A program made the position numbers and the translations under genes. A model generated the notes under the pieces. That model searched no databases, was not told the DNA's origin, and worked only from the letters and a program-made list of their open reading frames with translations. A stretch of 64,000 bases of DNA from Octopus sinensis (lineage: Eukaryota): positions 23,322-87,321 of the forward strand of contig NW_021833611.1 of NCBI RefSeq assembly GCF_006345805.1, written 5' to 3'. Of this stretch, positions 34,382 to 49,300 are shown in pieces (the first letter of the stretch is position 1; every line of letters begins with the position of its first letter).

Positions 34382-37300
34382 GATGAGTAAAGTTGGTATC
34401 AGATTCTAGATGAGTATAGTTGGTATGAGATTGTAGATGAGTATACTTGGTATCAGAATGTAGATGAGTATAAATGGTATTAAATTATTGATGAGTATAC
34501 GTGGTATCTAATTCTAGATGAGTATACTTTGTATCAGATTGTAGATGAGTATACTTGGTATCAGATTCAAGATGAGTATAGTTGGTATGAGATTGTAGAT
34601 GAGTATACTTGGTATCAGAATGTAGATGAGTATACATGGTATCAAATATTGATGAGTATACGTGGTATCTAATTCTAGATGAGTATACTTTGTATCAGAT
34701 TGTAGATGAGTATACTTGGTATCAGATTCAAGATGAGTATAGTTGGTATGAGATTGTAGATGAGTATACTTGGTATCAGAATGTAGATGAGTATACATGG
34801 TATCAAATTATTGATGAGTATACTTGGTATCAAATTCTAGATGAGTATATTTGCATCAGATTGTAGATGAGTGTACTTGGTATCAGATTGTAGATGAGTA
34901 TAGTTGGTATGAGATTGCATGTGTATGAGTATACTTGGTATCAGAATGTAGATGAGTATACATGGTATCAAATTATTGATGAGTATCCTTGGTATCTAAT
35001 TCTAGATGTGTATTCTTGGTATCAGAATGTAGATGAGTATACATGGTATCAAATTATTGAAGAGAATCCTTGAAATCTAATTCTAGATCTGTATACTTTG
35101 TATCAGAATGTAGATGAGTATACATGGTATCAAATTATTGATGAGTTTACTTTGTATCTAATTCTAGATGAGTATAATGGTATCAGAATGTAGATGAGTA
35201 TACATGGTATCAAATCATTGATGAGTATACTTGGTATCAGATTATAGATGAGTTCACTTGGTATCAGAATGTAGATGAGTATACATGGTATCAAATTATT
35301 GATGAGTATCCTTGGTATCTAATTCTAGATGAGTATCATTGGTATCAGATTGTAGATGAGTATAGTTGGTATCAGAATGTATATGAGTATACATGGTATC
35401 AAATTATTGATGAGTATACTTGGTATCAGATTGTAGATGAGTATAGTTGGTATGAGATTGTAAATGAGTATACAAGGTATCAGAATGTAGATGAGTATAC
35501 ATGGTACCAAATAATTGATGAGTATCCTTGGTATCTAATTCTAGATGAGTATACTTGGTATCAGATTCCAGATGAGTATAGTTGGTATGAGATTGTAGAT
35601 GAGTATACTTGGTATTAAAATGTAGATGAGTATAGATGGTATCAAATTATCGATGAGTATCCTTGGTATCTAATTCTAGATGAGTATACTTGGTATCTAA
35701 TTCTAGATGAGTATACTTGGTATAAGATTGTAGATGAGTATACTTGGTATCAGATTCCAGATGAGTATTGTTGGTATGAGATTGTAGATGAGTATACTTG
35801 GTATCAGAATGTAGATGAGTATACATGGTATCAAATTATTGATGAGTATACTTGGTATCTAATTCTAGATGTGTATACTTGGTATCAGAATGTAGATGAG
35901 TATACATGGTATCAAATTATTGATGAGTATCCTTGGTATCTAATTCTAGATGAGTATACTTGGTATAAGATTGTAGATGAGTATACTTGGTATCAGATTC
36001 TAGATGAATATAGTTGGTATGAGATTGTAGATGAGTACACTTGGTATCAGAATGTAGATGAGTATACATGGTATCAAATTATTGATGAGTATACGTGGCA
36101 TCTAATTCTAGATGAGTATACTTTGCATCAGATTGTAGATGAGTATAGTTGGTATGAGATGGCAGATGAGTATACTTGGTATCAGAATGTAGATGAGTAT
36201 ACATGGCATCAAATTATTGATGAGTATACGTGGTATCAAATTCTAGATGAGTATACTTGGTATCAGATTGTAGATGAGTATAGTTGGTATGAGATTGTAA
36301 GTGAGTATACTTGGTATCAGATTGTAGATGAGTATATATGGTATCAAATAATTGATGAGTATCCTTGGAATCTAATTCTAGATGAGTATACTTGGCATCA
36401 GATTGTAGATGAGTATAGTTGGTATCAGTTTTAGATGAGTATACTAGGTATCAGATTCTAGATGAGTATAGTTGGTATGAGATTGTACATGAGTATACTT
36501 GGTAGTAGAATGTAGATGAGTAGAGATGGTATAAATTATTGATGCGTATCCTTGGTATCTAATTCTAGATGAGTATACTTGGTATCAGATTGTAGATGAG
36601 TATACTTTGTATAAGATTCTAGATGAGTATATTTGGTATGAGATTGTAGATGAGTATACTTGGTATCAGAATGTAGATGAGTATAGATGGTATCAAATTA
36701 TTGATGAGTATCCTTCGTATCTAATTCTAGATGAGTATACATGGTATCTACTTGTAGATGAGTATACTTGGTATCAGATTGTAGATGAGTACACTTGGTA
36801 TCAGAATGTAGATGAGTATACATGGTACCAAATTATTGATGTTTATACTTGGCATCTAATTCTAGATGAGTATACTTGGTATCAGAATGTAGATGAGTAT
36901 ACATGGTATCAAATTATTGATGAGTATCCTGGGTATCTAATTCTAGATGAGTATACTTGGTATCAGAATGTAGATGAGTATACATGGTATCAAATCATTG
37001 ATGAGTATACCGGTATCAGATTATAGATGAGTATACTTGGTATCGAAATACAAATGAGTATACATGGTATCAAATTATTGATGTGTATCCTTGGTATCTA
37101 GATGAGTATACTTGGTATCAGATTGTAGATGAGTATAGTTGGTATCAGATTGTAGATGAGTATACTTGGTATCAGAATGTAGATGAGTATACATGATATC
37201 AAATTATTGATGAGTATACGTGGTATCTAATTCTAGATGAGTATACTTAGTATCAGATTGTAGATGAGTATAGTTGGTATCAGATTGTAGATGAGTATAC

Positions 37301-40300
37301 TTGTTATCAGAATGTAGATGAGTATACATGGTATCAAATTATTGATGAGTATACGTGGTATCAAATTCTAGATGAGTATACTTGGTATCAGATTGTAGAT
37401 GAGTATACTTGATATCAGATAATAGACGAGTATAGTTTGTTTCAGATTGTAGATGAGTATACTTGGTATCAGAATGTAGATGAGTATACATGGTATCAAA
37501 TTATTGATGAGTATACGTGGTATCTAATTCTAGATGAGTATTCTTCGTATCAGATTGTAGATGAGTATACTTGGTATCAGATTGTAGGTGAGTATACATG
37601 GTATCTAATTCTAGATGAGTATACTTGGTATCAGAATGTAGATGAGTATACATGGTATCAAATTATTGATGAGTATACGTGGTATCAAATTCTAGATGAG
37701 TAAACTTGGTATCAGATTGTAGATGAGTTTAGTTGGTATGAGATTGTTGATGAGTATACTTGGTATCAGAATGTAGATGAGTACACTTGGTATCAGAATG
37801 TAGATGAGTATACATGGTATCAAATTATTGATGAGTATACGTGGTATCTAATTCTAGACGAGTATACTTGGTATCAGAATGTAGATGAGTATACTTGGTA
37901 TCAAATTATTGATGAGTATCCTTAGTATCTAATTCTAGATGAGTATACTTGGTATCAGAATGTAGATGAGTATACATGGTATCAAATTATTGATGAGTAT
38001 CCTTGGTATCTCATTCGAGATGTGTATACTTCGTATGAGAATGTAGATGAGTATACATGGTATCAAATTATTGATGAGTATACTTGGTATTTAATTCTAG
38101 ATGAGTATACTTGGTATCAGAATGTAGATAAGTATACATGGTATCAAATTATAGATGAGTATACATGATATCAAATTATTGATGAGTATCCGTGGTATCT
38201 AATTCTAGACGAGTATACTTGGAATCAGAATGTAGATGAGTATACATGGTATCAAATTATTGATGAGTATACGTGGTATCTAATTCTAGATGAGTATACT
38301 TGGTATCAGAATGTAGATGAGTATACATGGTATCAAATTATTGATGAGTATCCTTGGTATCTAATTCTAGACGAGTATACTTGGTATCAGAATGTAGATG
38401 AGTATACATGGTGTCAAATTATTGATGAGTATACATGGTATATAATTCTAGATGTGTATACTTGGTATCAGAATGTAGATGAGTATACATGGTATCAAAT
38501 TATTGATGAGTATACGTGGTATCTAATTCTAGATGAGTATACTTGGTATCAGAATGTAGATAAGCATACTTGGTATCATATTATAGATGAGTATACATGG
38601 TATCAAATTATTGATGAGTATACTTGGTATCTAATTCTAGATGAGTATACTTGGTATCAGAGTGTAGATGAGTATACATGGTATCAAATTATTGATGAGT
38701 ATCCTTGGTATCTAATTCTAGATGAGTATACTTGGTATCAGAATGTAGATGAGTATACATGGTATCAAATTATTGATGAGTATCCTTGGTATCTAATTCT
38801 AGACGAGTATACTTGATATCAGAATGTAGATGAGTATACATGGTATCAAATTATTGATGAGTATACTTGGTATCTAATTCTAGACGAGTATACTTGGTAT
38901 CAGAATGTAGATGAGTATACATGGTATCAAATTATTGATGAGTATCCTTGGTATCTAATTCTAGATGAGTATACTTGGTTTCAGAATGTAGATAAGTATA
39001 CATGGTATCAAATTATTGATGAGTATCCTCGGTATCTAATTCTAGACGAGTATACTTGGTATCAGAATGTAGATGAGGATACATGGTATCAAATTATTGA
39101 TGAGTATACGTGGTATCTAATTCTAGATGAGTATAATTGGTATCAGATTGTAGATGAGTATATTTGGTATCAGATTGTAGATGAGTATCCTTGGTATCAG
39201 AATGTAGATGCGTATACATGGTATCAAATTATTGATGAGCATACATGGTATCTAATTCTAGACGAGTATACTTGGTATCAGAATGTAGATGAGTATACAT
39301 GGTATCAAATTATTGATGAGTATCCTTTGTATCTAATTCTAGATGAGTATACATTTGTACCAGAATGTAGATGAGTATACATGGTATCAAATTATTGATG
39401 AGTATACTTGGTATCTAATTCTAGATGAGTATACTTGGTATCAGAATGTAGATGAGTATACATGGTATCAACTTATTGATGAGTATCCTTGGTATCTAAT
39501 TCTAGACGAGTATACTTGGTATCAGAATGTAGATGAGTATACATGGTATCAAATAATTGATGAGTATACGTGGTATCTAATTCTAGATGAGTATACTTGG
39601 TATCAGATTGTAGATGAGTATAGTTGGTATCAGATTGTAGATGAGTATACATGGTATCAAATTATTGATGAGTATAGGTGGTATCTAAATCTAGATGAGT
39701 ATTCTTTGTGTCAGATTGTAGATGAGTATACTTGGTATCAGAAATTTACGTGAGTATACTTGGTATCTAATTCTAGATGAGTATACTTGGTATCAGAATG
39801 TAGATGAGTATACATGGTATCAAATTATTGATGAGTATACGTGGTATCAAATTCTAGATGAGTATACTTGGTATCAGATTGTAGATAGTTTATTTGGTAT
39901 GAGATTATTGATGAGTATACTTGGTATCAGAATTTAGATGAGTACACTTGGTATCAGAATGTAAATGAGTATACATGGAATCAAATTATTGATGAGTTTC
40001 CTTGGTATCTAATTCTAGATGAGTATACTTGGTATCAGTATGTAGATGAGTATACATGGTATCAAATTATTGATGAGTATCCTTGGTATCTAATTCTAGA
40101 TGTGTATACTTGGTATCAGAATGTAGATGAGTATACATGGTATCAAATTATTGATGAGTATCCTTGGTATCTAATTCTAGATGTGTATACTTGGTATCAG
40201 AATGTAGATGTTTATACATGGTATCAAATTATTGATGAGTATACTTGGTATCTAATTCTAGATGAGTATACTTGGTATCAGAATGTATATAAGTATACTT

Positions 40301-43300
40301 GGTATCATATTATAGATGAGTATACATGGTATCAAATATTGATGAGTATCCTTGGTATCTAATTCTAGACGACTATACTTGGTATCAGAATGTAGATGAG
40401 TATACATGGTATCAAATTATTGATGAGTATCCTTGGTATCTAATTATAGACGAGTATACTTGGAATCAGAATGTAGATGAGTATACATGGTATCAAATTA
40501 ATAATGAGTATCCTTGGTATTTAATTCTAGATGAGTATACTTGGTATCAGAATGTAGATGAGTATACATGGTATCAAGTTATTGATGAGTATCCTTGGTA
40601 TCTAATTCTAGACGACTATACTTGGTATCAGAATGTAGATGAGTATACATAGTATCAAATTATTGATGAGTATCCTTGGTATCTAATTCTAGACGAGTAT
40701 ACTTGGTATCAGAATGTAGATGAGTATACATGGTATCAAATTATTGATGAGAACCCTTGGTATCTAATTCTAGACGAGTATACTTGGTATCAGAATGTAG
40801 ATGAGTATACATGGTATCAAATTATTGATGAGTATACGTGGTATCTAATTCAAGATGAGTATACTTTGTATCAGAATGTAGATAAGTATACATGTTATCA
40901 AATTATTGATGAGTATCCTTGGTATCTAATTCTAGATGAGTATACTTGGTATCAGAATGTAGATGAGTATACATGGTATCAAATTATTGATGAGTATCCT
41001 TGGTATCTAATTCTAGACGAGTATACTTGGTATCGGAATGTAGATGAGTATACATGGTAACAAATTATTGATGAGAATCCTTGGTATCTAATTCTAGACG
41101 AGTATACTTGGTATCAGAATGTAGATGAGTATACATGGTATCAAATTATTGATGAGTATACGTGGTATCTAATTCAAGATGAGTATACTTGGTATCAGAT
41201 TGTAGATGAGTATATTTGGTATCAGATTGTAGATGAGTATACTTGGTATCAGAATGTAGATGAGTATACATGGTATCAAATTATTGATGAGTATCCTTGG
41301 TATCTAATTCTAGACGAGTATACTTGGTATCAGAATGTAGATGAGTATACATGGTATCAAATTATTGATGAGTATACGTGGTATCTAATTCAAGATGAGT
41401 ATACTTTGTATCAGAATGTAGATAAGTATACATGGTATCAAATTATTGATGAGTATCCTTGGTATCTAATTCTAGACGAGTATACTTGGTATCAGAATGT
41501 AGATGAGGATACATGGTATCAAATTATTGATGAGTATACGTGGTATCTAATTCTAGATGAGTATACTTGGTATCAGATTGTAGATGAGTATATTTGGTAT
41601 CAGATTGTAGATGAGTATACTTGGTATCAGAATGTAGATGAGTATACATGGTATCAAATTATTTATGAGCATACGTGGTATTTAATTCTAGACGAGTATA
41701 CTTGGTATCAGAATGTCGATGAGTATACATGGTATCAAATTATTGATGAGTATACTTGGTATCTAATTCTAGATGAGTATACTTGGTATCAGAATATAGA
41801 TGAGTATACATGGTATCAAATTATTGATGAGTATACGTGGTATCTAATTCTAGATGAGTATACTTGGTATCAGATTGTAGATGAGTATAGTTGGAATCAG
41901 AATGTAGATGAGTATACATGGTATCAAATTATTGAAGATTATACCTGGTATCAAATTCTAGATCAGTATACTTGGTATCAGATTGTAGATGAGTATACTT
42001 GGTATCAGAATGTAGATGAGTAAACATGGGATCAAATTATTGATGATTATAGGTGGTATCTAATTCTAGATGAGTATTCTTTGTATCAGATTGTAGATGA
42101 GTATACTTGGTATCAGATTGTAGGTGAGTATACTTGGTATCTAATTCTGGATGAGTATTCTTGGTATCAGAATGTAGATGAGTATACATGGTATCAAATT
42201 ATTGATGAGTATACGAGGTATCAAAATCTAGATGAGTATACTTGGTATCAGATTGTAGATGAGTTTAGTTGGTATGAGATTGTTGATGAGTATACTTGTT
42301 ATCAGAATGTAGATGAGTACACTTGGTATCAGAATGTAAATGAGTATACATGGTATCATTTTATTGATGAGTATCCTTTGTATCTAATTCTAGATATGTA
42401 TACTTGGTGTCAGAATGTAGATGAGTATACATGGTATCAAATTATTTATGAGTATCCTTGGTATCTAATTCTAGATGAGTATACTTGGTATCAGAATGTA
42501 GATGAGTATACATGGTATCAAATTATTGATGAGTATACATGGTATCAAATTCTAGATGAGTATACTGGTATCAGATTGTAGATGAGTTTAGTGGTATGAG
42601 ATTGTTGATGAGTTATACTTGTTATCAGAATTAGAGAGTTCACTTGGTATCAGAATGTAGATGAGTATACATGGTATCAACTTATTGATGAGCATATTGG
42701 TATCTAATTCTAGACGAGTATCTTGGTATCAGAATGTAGATGAGTATACATGGTATCAAATTATTGATGTGTATCCTTGGTATCTAATTCTAGACGAGTA
42801 TACTTGGTATCAGAATGTAGATGAGTATACATGGTATCAAATAATTGATGAGTATACGTGGTATCTAATTCAAGACGAGTATACTTGGTATAAGATTGTA
42901 GAAGAGTATAGTTGGTATCAGATTGTAGATGAGTATACATGGTATCAAATTATTGATGAGTATAGGTGGTATCTAATTCTAGATGAGTATTCTTTGTATC
43001 AGATTGTAGATGAGAGTACTTGGTATCAGATTGTATGTGAGTATACTTGGTATCTAATTCTAGATGAGTATACTTGGTATCAGAATGTAGATGAGTATAC
43101 ATGGTATCAAATTATTGATGAGTATACGTGGTATCAAATTCTAGATGAGTATACTTGGTATCAGATTGTAGATGAGTTTATTTGGTATGAGATTGTTGAT
43201 GAGTATACTTGGTATCAGAATGTAGATGAGTACACTTGGTATCAGAATGTAAATGAGTATACATGGAATCAAATTATTGATGAGTATACGTGGTATCTAA

Positions 43301-46300
43301 TTCTAGATGAGTATACTTGGTATCAGAATGTAGATGAGTATACTTGGTATCAAATTATTGATGAGTTTCCTTGGTATCTAATTCTAGATGAGTATACTTG
43401 GTATCAGTATGTAGATGAGTATACACGGTATCAAATTATTGATGAGTATCCTTGGTATCTAATTCTAGATGTGTATACTTGGTATCAGAATGTAGATGAG
43501 TATACATGGTATCAAATTATTGATGAGTATCCTTGGTATCTAATTCTAGATGTGTATACTTGGTATCAGAATGTAGATGATTATACATGGTATCAAATTA
43601 TCGATGAGTATACTTGGTATCTAATTCTAGATGAGTATACTTGGTATCAGAATGTAGATGTGTATACATGGTTTCAAATTAATGATGTGTATACTTGGTA
43701 TCTAATTCTAGATGAGTATCCTTGGTATCAGAATGTAGATGAGTATACGTGGTATCAAATTATTGATGAGTATCCTTGGTATCTAATTCTAGATGAGTAT
43801 ACTTGGTATCAGAATGTAGATGAGTATACATGGTATCAAATTATTGATGAGTATCCTTGGTATCTAATTCTAGACGAGTATACTTGGTATCAGAATGTAG
43901 ATGAGTATACATAGTCTCAAATTATTGATGAGTATCCTTGGTATCTAATTCTAGACGAGTATACTTGGTATCAGAATGTAGATAAGTATACATGGTATCA
44001 AATTATTGATGAGTATACGTGGTATCTAATTCTAGATGAGTATACTTGGTATCAGAATGTAGATGAGTATACATGGTATCAAATTATTGATGAGTATCCT
44101 TGGTATCTAATTCTAGACGAGTATACTTGGTATCAGAATGTAGATGAGTATACATGGTATCAAATATTGATGAGTATACATGGTATCTAATTCTAGATGT
44201 GTATACTTGGTATCAGAATGTAGATGAGTATACATGGTATCAACTTATTGATGAGTATACGTGGTATCTAATTCTAGATGAGTATACTTGTATCAGAATG
44301 TTGATAGTAACTTGGTATCATATTATAGATGAGTATACATGGAATCAAATTATTGATGAGTATACTTGGTATCTAATTCTAGATGAGTATACTTGGTATC
44401 AGAGTGTAGATGAGTATACATGGTATCAAATTATTGATGAGTATCCTTGGTATCTAATTCTAAATGAATATACTTGGTATCAGAATGTAGATGAGTATAC
44501 ATGGTATCAAATTATTGATGAGTATCCTTGGTATCTAATTCTAGACAAGATCTTGGTATCAGCATGTAGATGAGTATACATGGTATCAAATTATGATGAG
44601 TATAGGTGGTATCTAATTCTAGACGAGTATAATTGGTATCAGAATGTAGATGAGTATACATGGTATCAAATTATTGATGAGTATACATGGTATCTAATTC
44701 TAGATGAGTATACTTGATATCAGAATGTAGATAAGTATACATGGTATCAAATTATTGATGAGTATCCTTGATATCTAATTCTAGACGAGTATACTTGGTA
44801 TCAGAATGTAGATGAGGATACATGGTATCAAATTATTGATGAGTATACGTGGTATCTAATTCTAGATGTGTATACTTGGTAACAGATTGTAGATGAGTAT
44901 ATTTGGTATCAGATTGTAGATGAGTATACTTGGTATCAGAATGTAGATGAGTATACATGGTATCAAATTATTGATGAGCATACTTGGTATCTAATTAGAC
45001 GAGTATACTTGGTATCAGAATGTAGATGAGTATACATGGTATCAAATTATTGATGAGTATACGTGGTATCTAATTCTAGATGAGTATACTTGGTATCAGA
45101 TTGTAGATGAGTATAGTTGGAATCAGATTGTAGATGAGTATACTTGGTATCAGTTTGTATGTGAGTATAGTTGGTATCTATTCTAGATGAGTATACTTCG
45201 TATCAGAATGTAGATGAGTATTATGGTATCAAATTATTGATGAGTATACGTGGTATCAAATTCTAGATGTGTATACTTGGTATCAGATTGTAGATGAGTT
45301 TAGTTGGTATGAGATTGTTGATGAGTATACTTGGTATCAGAATGTAGATAAGTACACTTGGTATCAGAATGTAGATGAGTATACATGGTATCAAATTATT
45401 GATGAGTATACATGGTATCTAATTCTAGATGAGTATACTTGGTATCAGAATGTAGATGAGTATACTTGGTATCAAATTATTGATGAGTATCCTTGGTATC
45501 TAATTCTAGATGAGTATTCTTGGTATCAGTATGTAGATGAGTATACATGGTATCAAATATTGATGAGTATCCTTGGTATCTAATTCTAGACGAGTATACT
45601 TGGTATCAGAATGTAGATGAGTATACATGGTATCAAATTATTGATGAGTATCCTTGGTATCTAATTCTAGAGTGTATCTTGGTATCAAATTATATAGATG
45701 AGTATACATGGTATCAAATTATTGATGAGTATACTTGGTATCTAATTCTAGACGAGTATACTTGGTATCAGAATGTAGATGAGTATACATGGTATCAATT
45801 ATTGATGAGTATTGGTGGTATCTAATTCTAGATGAGTGTACTTGGTATCAGAATGTAGATAATTATACATGGTATCAAATTATTGATGTGTATCCTTGGT
45901 ATCTAAATCTAGACGAGTATACTTGGTTTCAGAATGTAGATGAGTATACATGGTATCAAATTATTGATTAGTATACGTGGTATCTAATTCTAGATGTGTA
46001 TACTTGGTACCAGAATATAGATGAGTATACATGGTATCAAATTATTGATGAGTATACGTGGTATCTAATTCTAGACGAGTATACTTGGTATCAGATTTTA
46101 GATGAGTATACTTGGTATCAGATTCTAGATGAGTATAGTTGGTATGAGATTGTAGATGAGTATACTTAGTATCAGAACGTAGATGAGTATACATGGTATC
46201 AAATTATTGATGAGTATACGTGGTATCAAATTCTAGATGAGTATACTTGGTATCAGATTGTAGATGAGTATACTTGATATCAGATTATAGACGAGTATAG

Positions 46301-49300
46301 TTTGTTTCAGATTGTAGATGAGTATACTTGGTATCAGAATGTAGATGAGTATACATGGTATCAAATTATTGAAGATTATACCTTGTATCAAATTCTAGAT
46401 CAGTATACTTGGTATCAGATTGTAGATGAGTATACTTGATATCAGATTATAGATGAGTATAGTTGGTATGAGATTGTAGATGAGTATACTTGGTATCAGA
46501 ATGTAGATGAGTATACATGGGATCAAATTATTGAGATTATAGGTGGTATCTAATTCTAGATGAGTATTCTTTGTATCAGATTGTAGATGAGTATACTGGT
46601 ATCAGATTTTAGGTGAGTATACTTCTATCTAATTAGGATGAGTATTATTGGTATCAGAATGTAGATGAGTATACATGGTATCAAATTATTGATGAGTATA
46701 CGAGGTATCAAAATCTAGATGAGTATACTTGGTATCAGATTGTAGATGAGTTTAGTTGGTATGAGATTGTTGATGGTATACTTGTTATCAGAATGTAGAT
46801 GAGTACACTTGGTATCAGAATGTAAATGAGTATACATGGTATCAATTTTATTGATGAGTATCCTTGGTATCTAATTCTAGATATGTATACTTGGTGTCAG
46901 AATGTAGATGAGTATACATGGTATTAAAAATTATTATGAGTATCCTTGGTATCTAATTCTAGATGAGTATACTTGGTATCAGAATGTAGATGAGTATACA
47001 TGGTATCAAATTATTGATGAGTATACTGGTATCAAATTCTAGATGAGTATACTTGGTATCAGATTGTAGATGAGTTAGTTGGTATCAGATTGTTGATGAG
47101 TATACTTGTTTCAGAATATAGATGAGTTCACTTGGTATCAGAATGTAGATGAGTATACATGTATCAAATTATTGATGAGCATACTTGGTATCTAATTCTA
47201 GACGAGTATTCTGGTATCAGAATGTAGATGAGTATACATGGTATCAAATTATTGATGAGTATCCTTGGTATCTAATTCTAGATGAGTATACTTGTATCAG
47301 AATGTAGATGAGTATACATGGTATCAAATAATTGATGAGTATACGGGTATCTAATTCAAGATGAGTATACTTGGTATAAGATTGTAGATAGTATAGTTGG
47401 TATCAGATGTAGATGAGTAGTATAATGGTATCAAATTATTGATGAGTATAGGTGGTATCTAATTCTAGATGAGTATTCTTTGTATCAGATTGTAGATGAG
47501 AGTACTTGGTATCAGATTGTATGTGAGTATACTGGTATCTAATTCTAGATGAGTATACTTGGTATCAGAATGTAGATGAGTATACATGGTATCAAATTAT
47601 TGATGAGTATACGTGGTATCAAATTCTAGATGAGTATACTGGTATCAGAGTGTAGATGAGTATACATGGTATCAAATTATTGATGAGATCCTTGGTATCT
47701 AATTCTAAATGAGTATACTTGGTATCAGAATGTAGATGAGTATACATGGTATCAAATTATTGATGAGTATCCTTGGTATCTAATTCTAGACAAGTATACT
47801 TGGTATCAGAATGTAGATGAGTATACATGGTATCAAATTATGATGAGTATACCTTGGTATCTAATTCTAGATGAGTATACTTGGTATCAGAATGTAGATG
47901 AGTATAATGGTATCAAATTATTGATGAGTATACATGGTATCTAATTCTAGATGAGTATACTTGGTATCAGAATGTAGATAAGTATACATGGTATCAATTA
48001 TTGATGAGTATCCATGATATCTAATTCTAGACGAGTATACTGGTATCAGATGTAGATGAGGATACATGGTATCAAATTATTGATGAGTATACGTGGTATC
48101 TAATTCTAGATGTGTATACTTGGTAACAGATTGTAGATGAGTATATTTGGTATCAGATTGCTAGATGAGTATACTTGGTATCAGAATGTAGATGAGTATA
48201 CATGGTAACAAATTGATGATGAGCATACTTGGTATCTAATTCTAGATGAGTATACTTGGTATCAGAATGTAGATGAGTATACATGGTATCAAATTATGAT
48301 GAGTATCCTTGGATTAATTCTAGACGAGTATACTTGGTATCAGAATTAGATGAGTATACATGGTATCAAATAATTGATGAATACGTGGTATCTAATTCTA
48401 GATGAGTATACTTGGTATCAGATTGTAGATGAGGTTAGTTGGTATGAGTTGTTGATGAGTATACTTGTTATCAGAATATAGATGAGTACTTGGTATCAGA
48501 TGTAGATGAGTATACATGGTATCAATTATTGATGAGCATACTTGGTATCTAATTCTAGACGAGTATTCTTGGTATCAGAATGTAGATGAGTATACATGGT
48601 ATCAAATTATTGATGAGTATCCTTGGTATCTAATTCTAGACGAGTATACTTGGTATACAGAATGTAGATGATTATACCTGGTATCAAATAATTGATGAGT
48701 TCGTGGTATCTAATTCAAGATGAGTATACTTTGTATAAAAGATTGTAGATGAGTATAGTTGGTATCAGATTGTAGATGAGTATACATGGTATCAAATTAT
48801 TGATGAGTATATCGTGGTATCTAATTCTAGAGAGTATTCTTTGTATCAGATTGTAGATGAGAGTACTTGGTATCAGATTGTATGTGAGTATACTTGGTAT
48901 CTAATTCTAGATGAGTATACTTGGTATCAGAATGTAGATGAGTATACATGGTATCAAATTATTGATGAGTATACTGGTATCAAATTCTAGATGAGTATAC
49001 TTGGTATCAGATGTAGATGATTTATTTGGTATGAGATTGTTGATGATATACTTGGTATAAGAATGTAGATGAGTATACACTTGGTATCAGAATGTAAATG
49101 AGTATACATGGAATCAAATTATTGATGAGTATACGTGGTATCTAATTCTAGATGAGTATACTTGGTATCTAATTCTAGACGAGTATACTTGGTATCAGAA
49201 TGTAGATGAGTATACATGGTATCAAATTATTGATGAGTATACATGGTATCTAATTCTAGATGTGTATACTTGGTATCAGAATGTAGATGAGTATACATGG

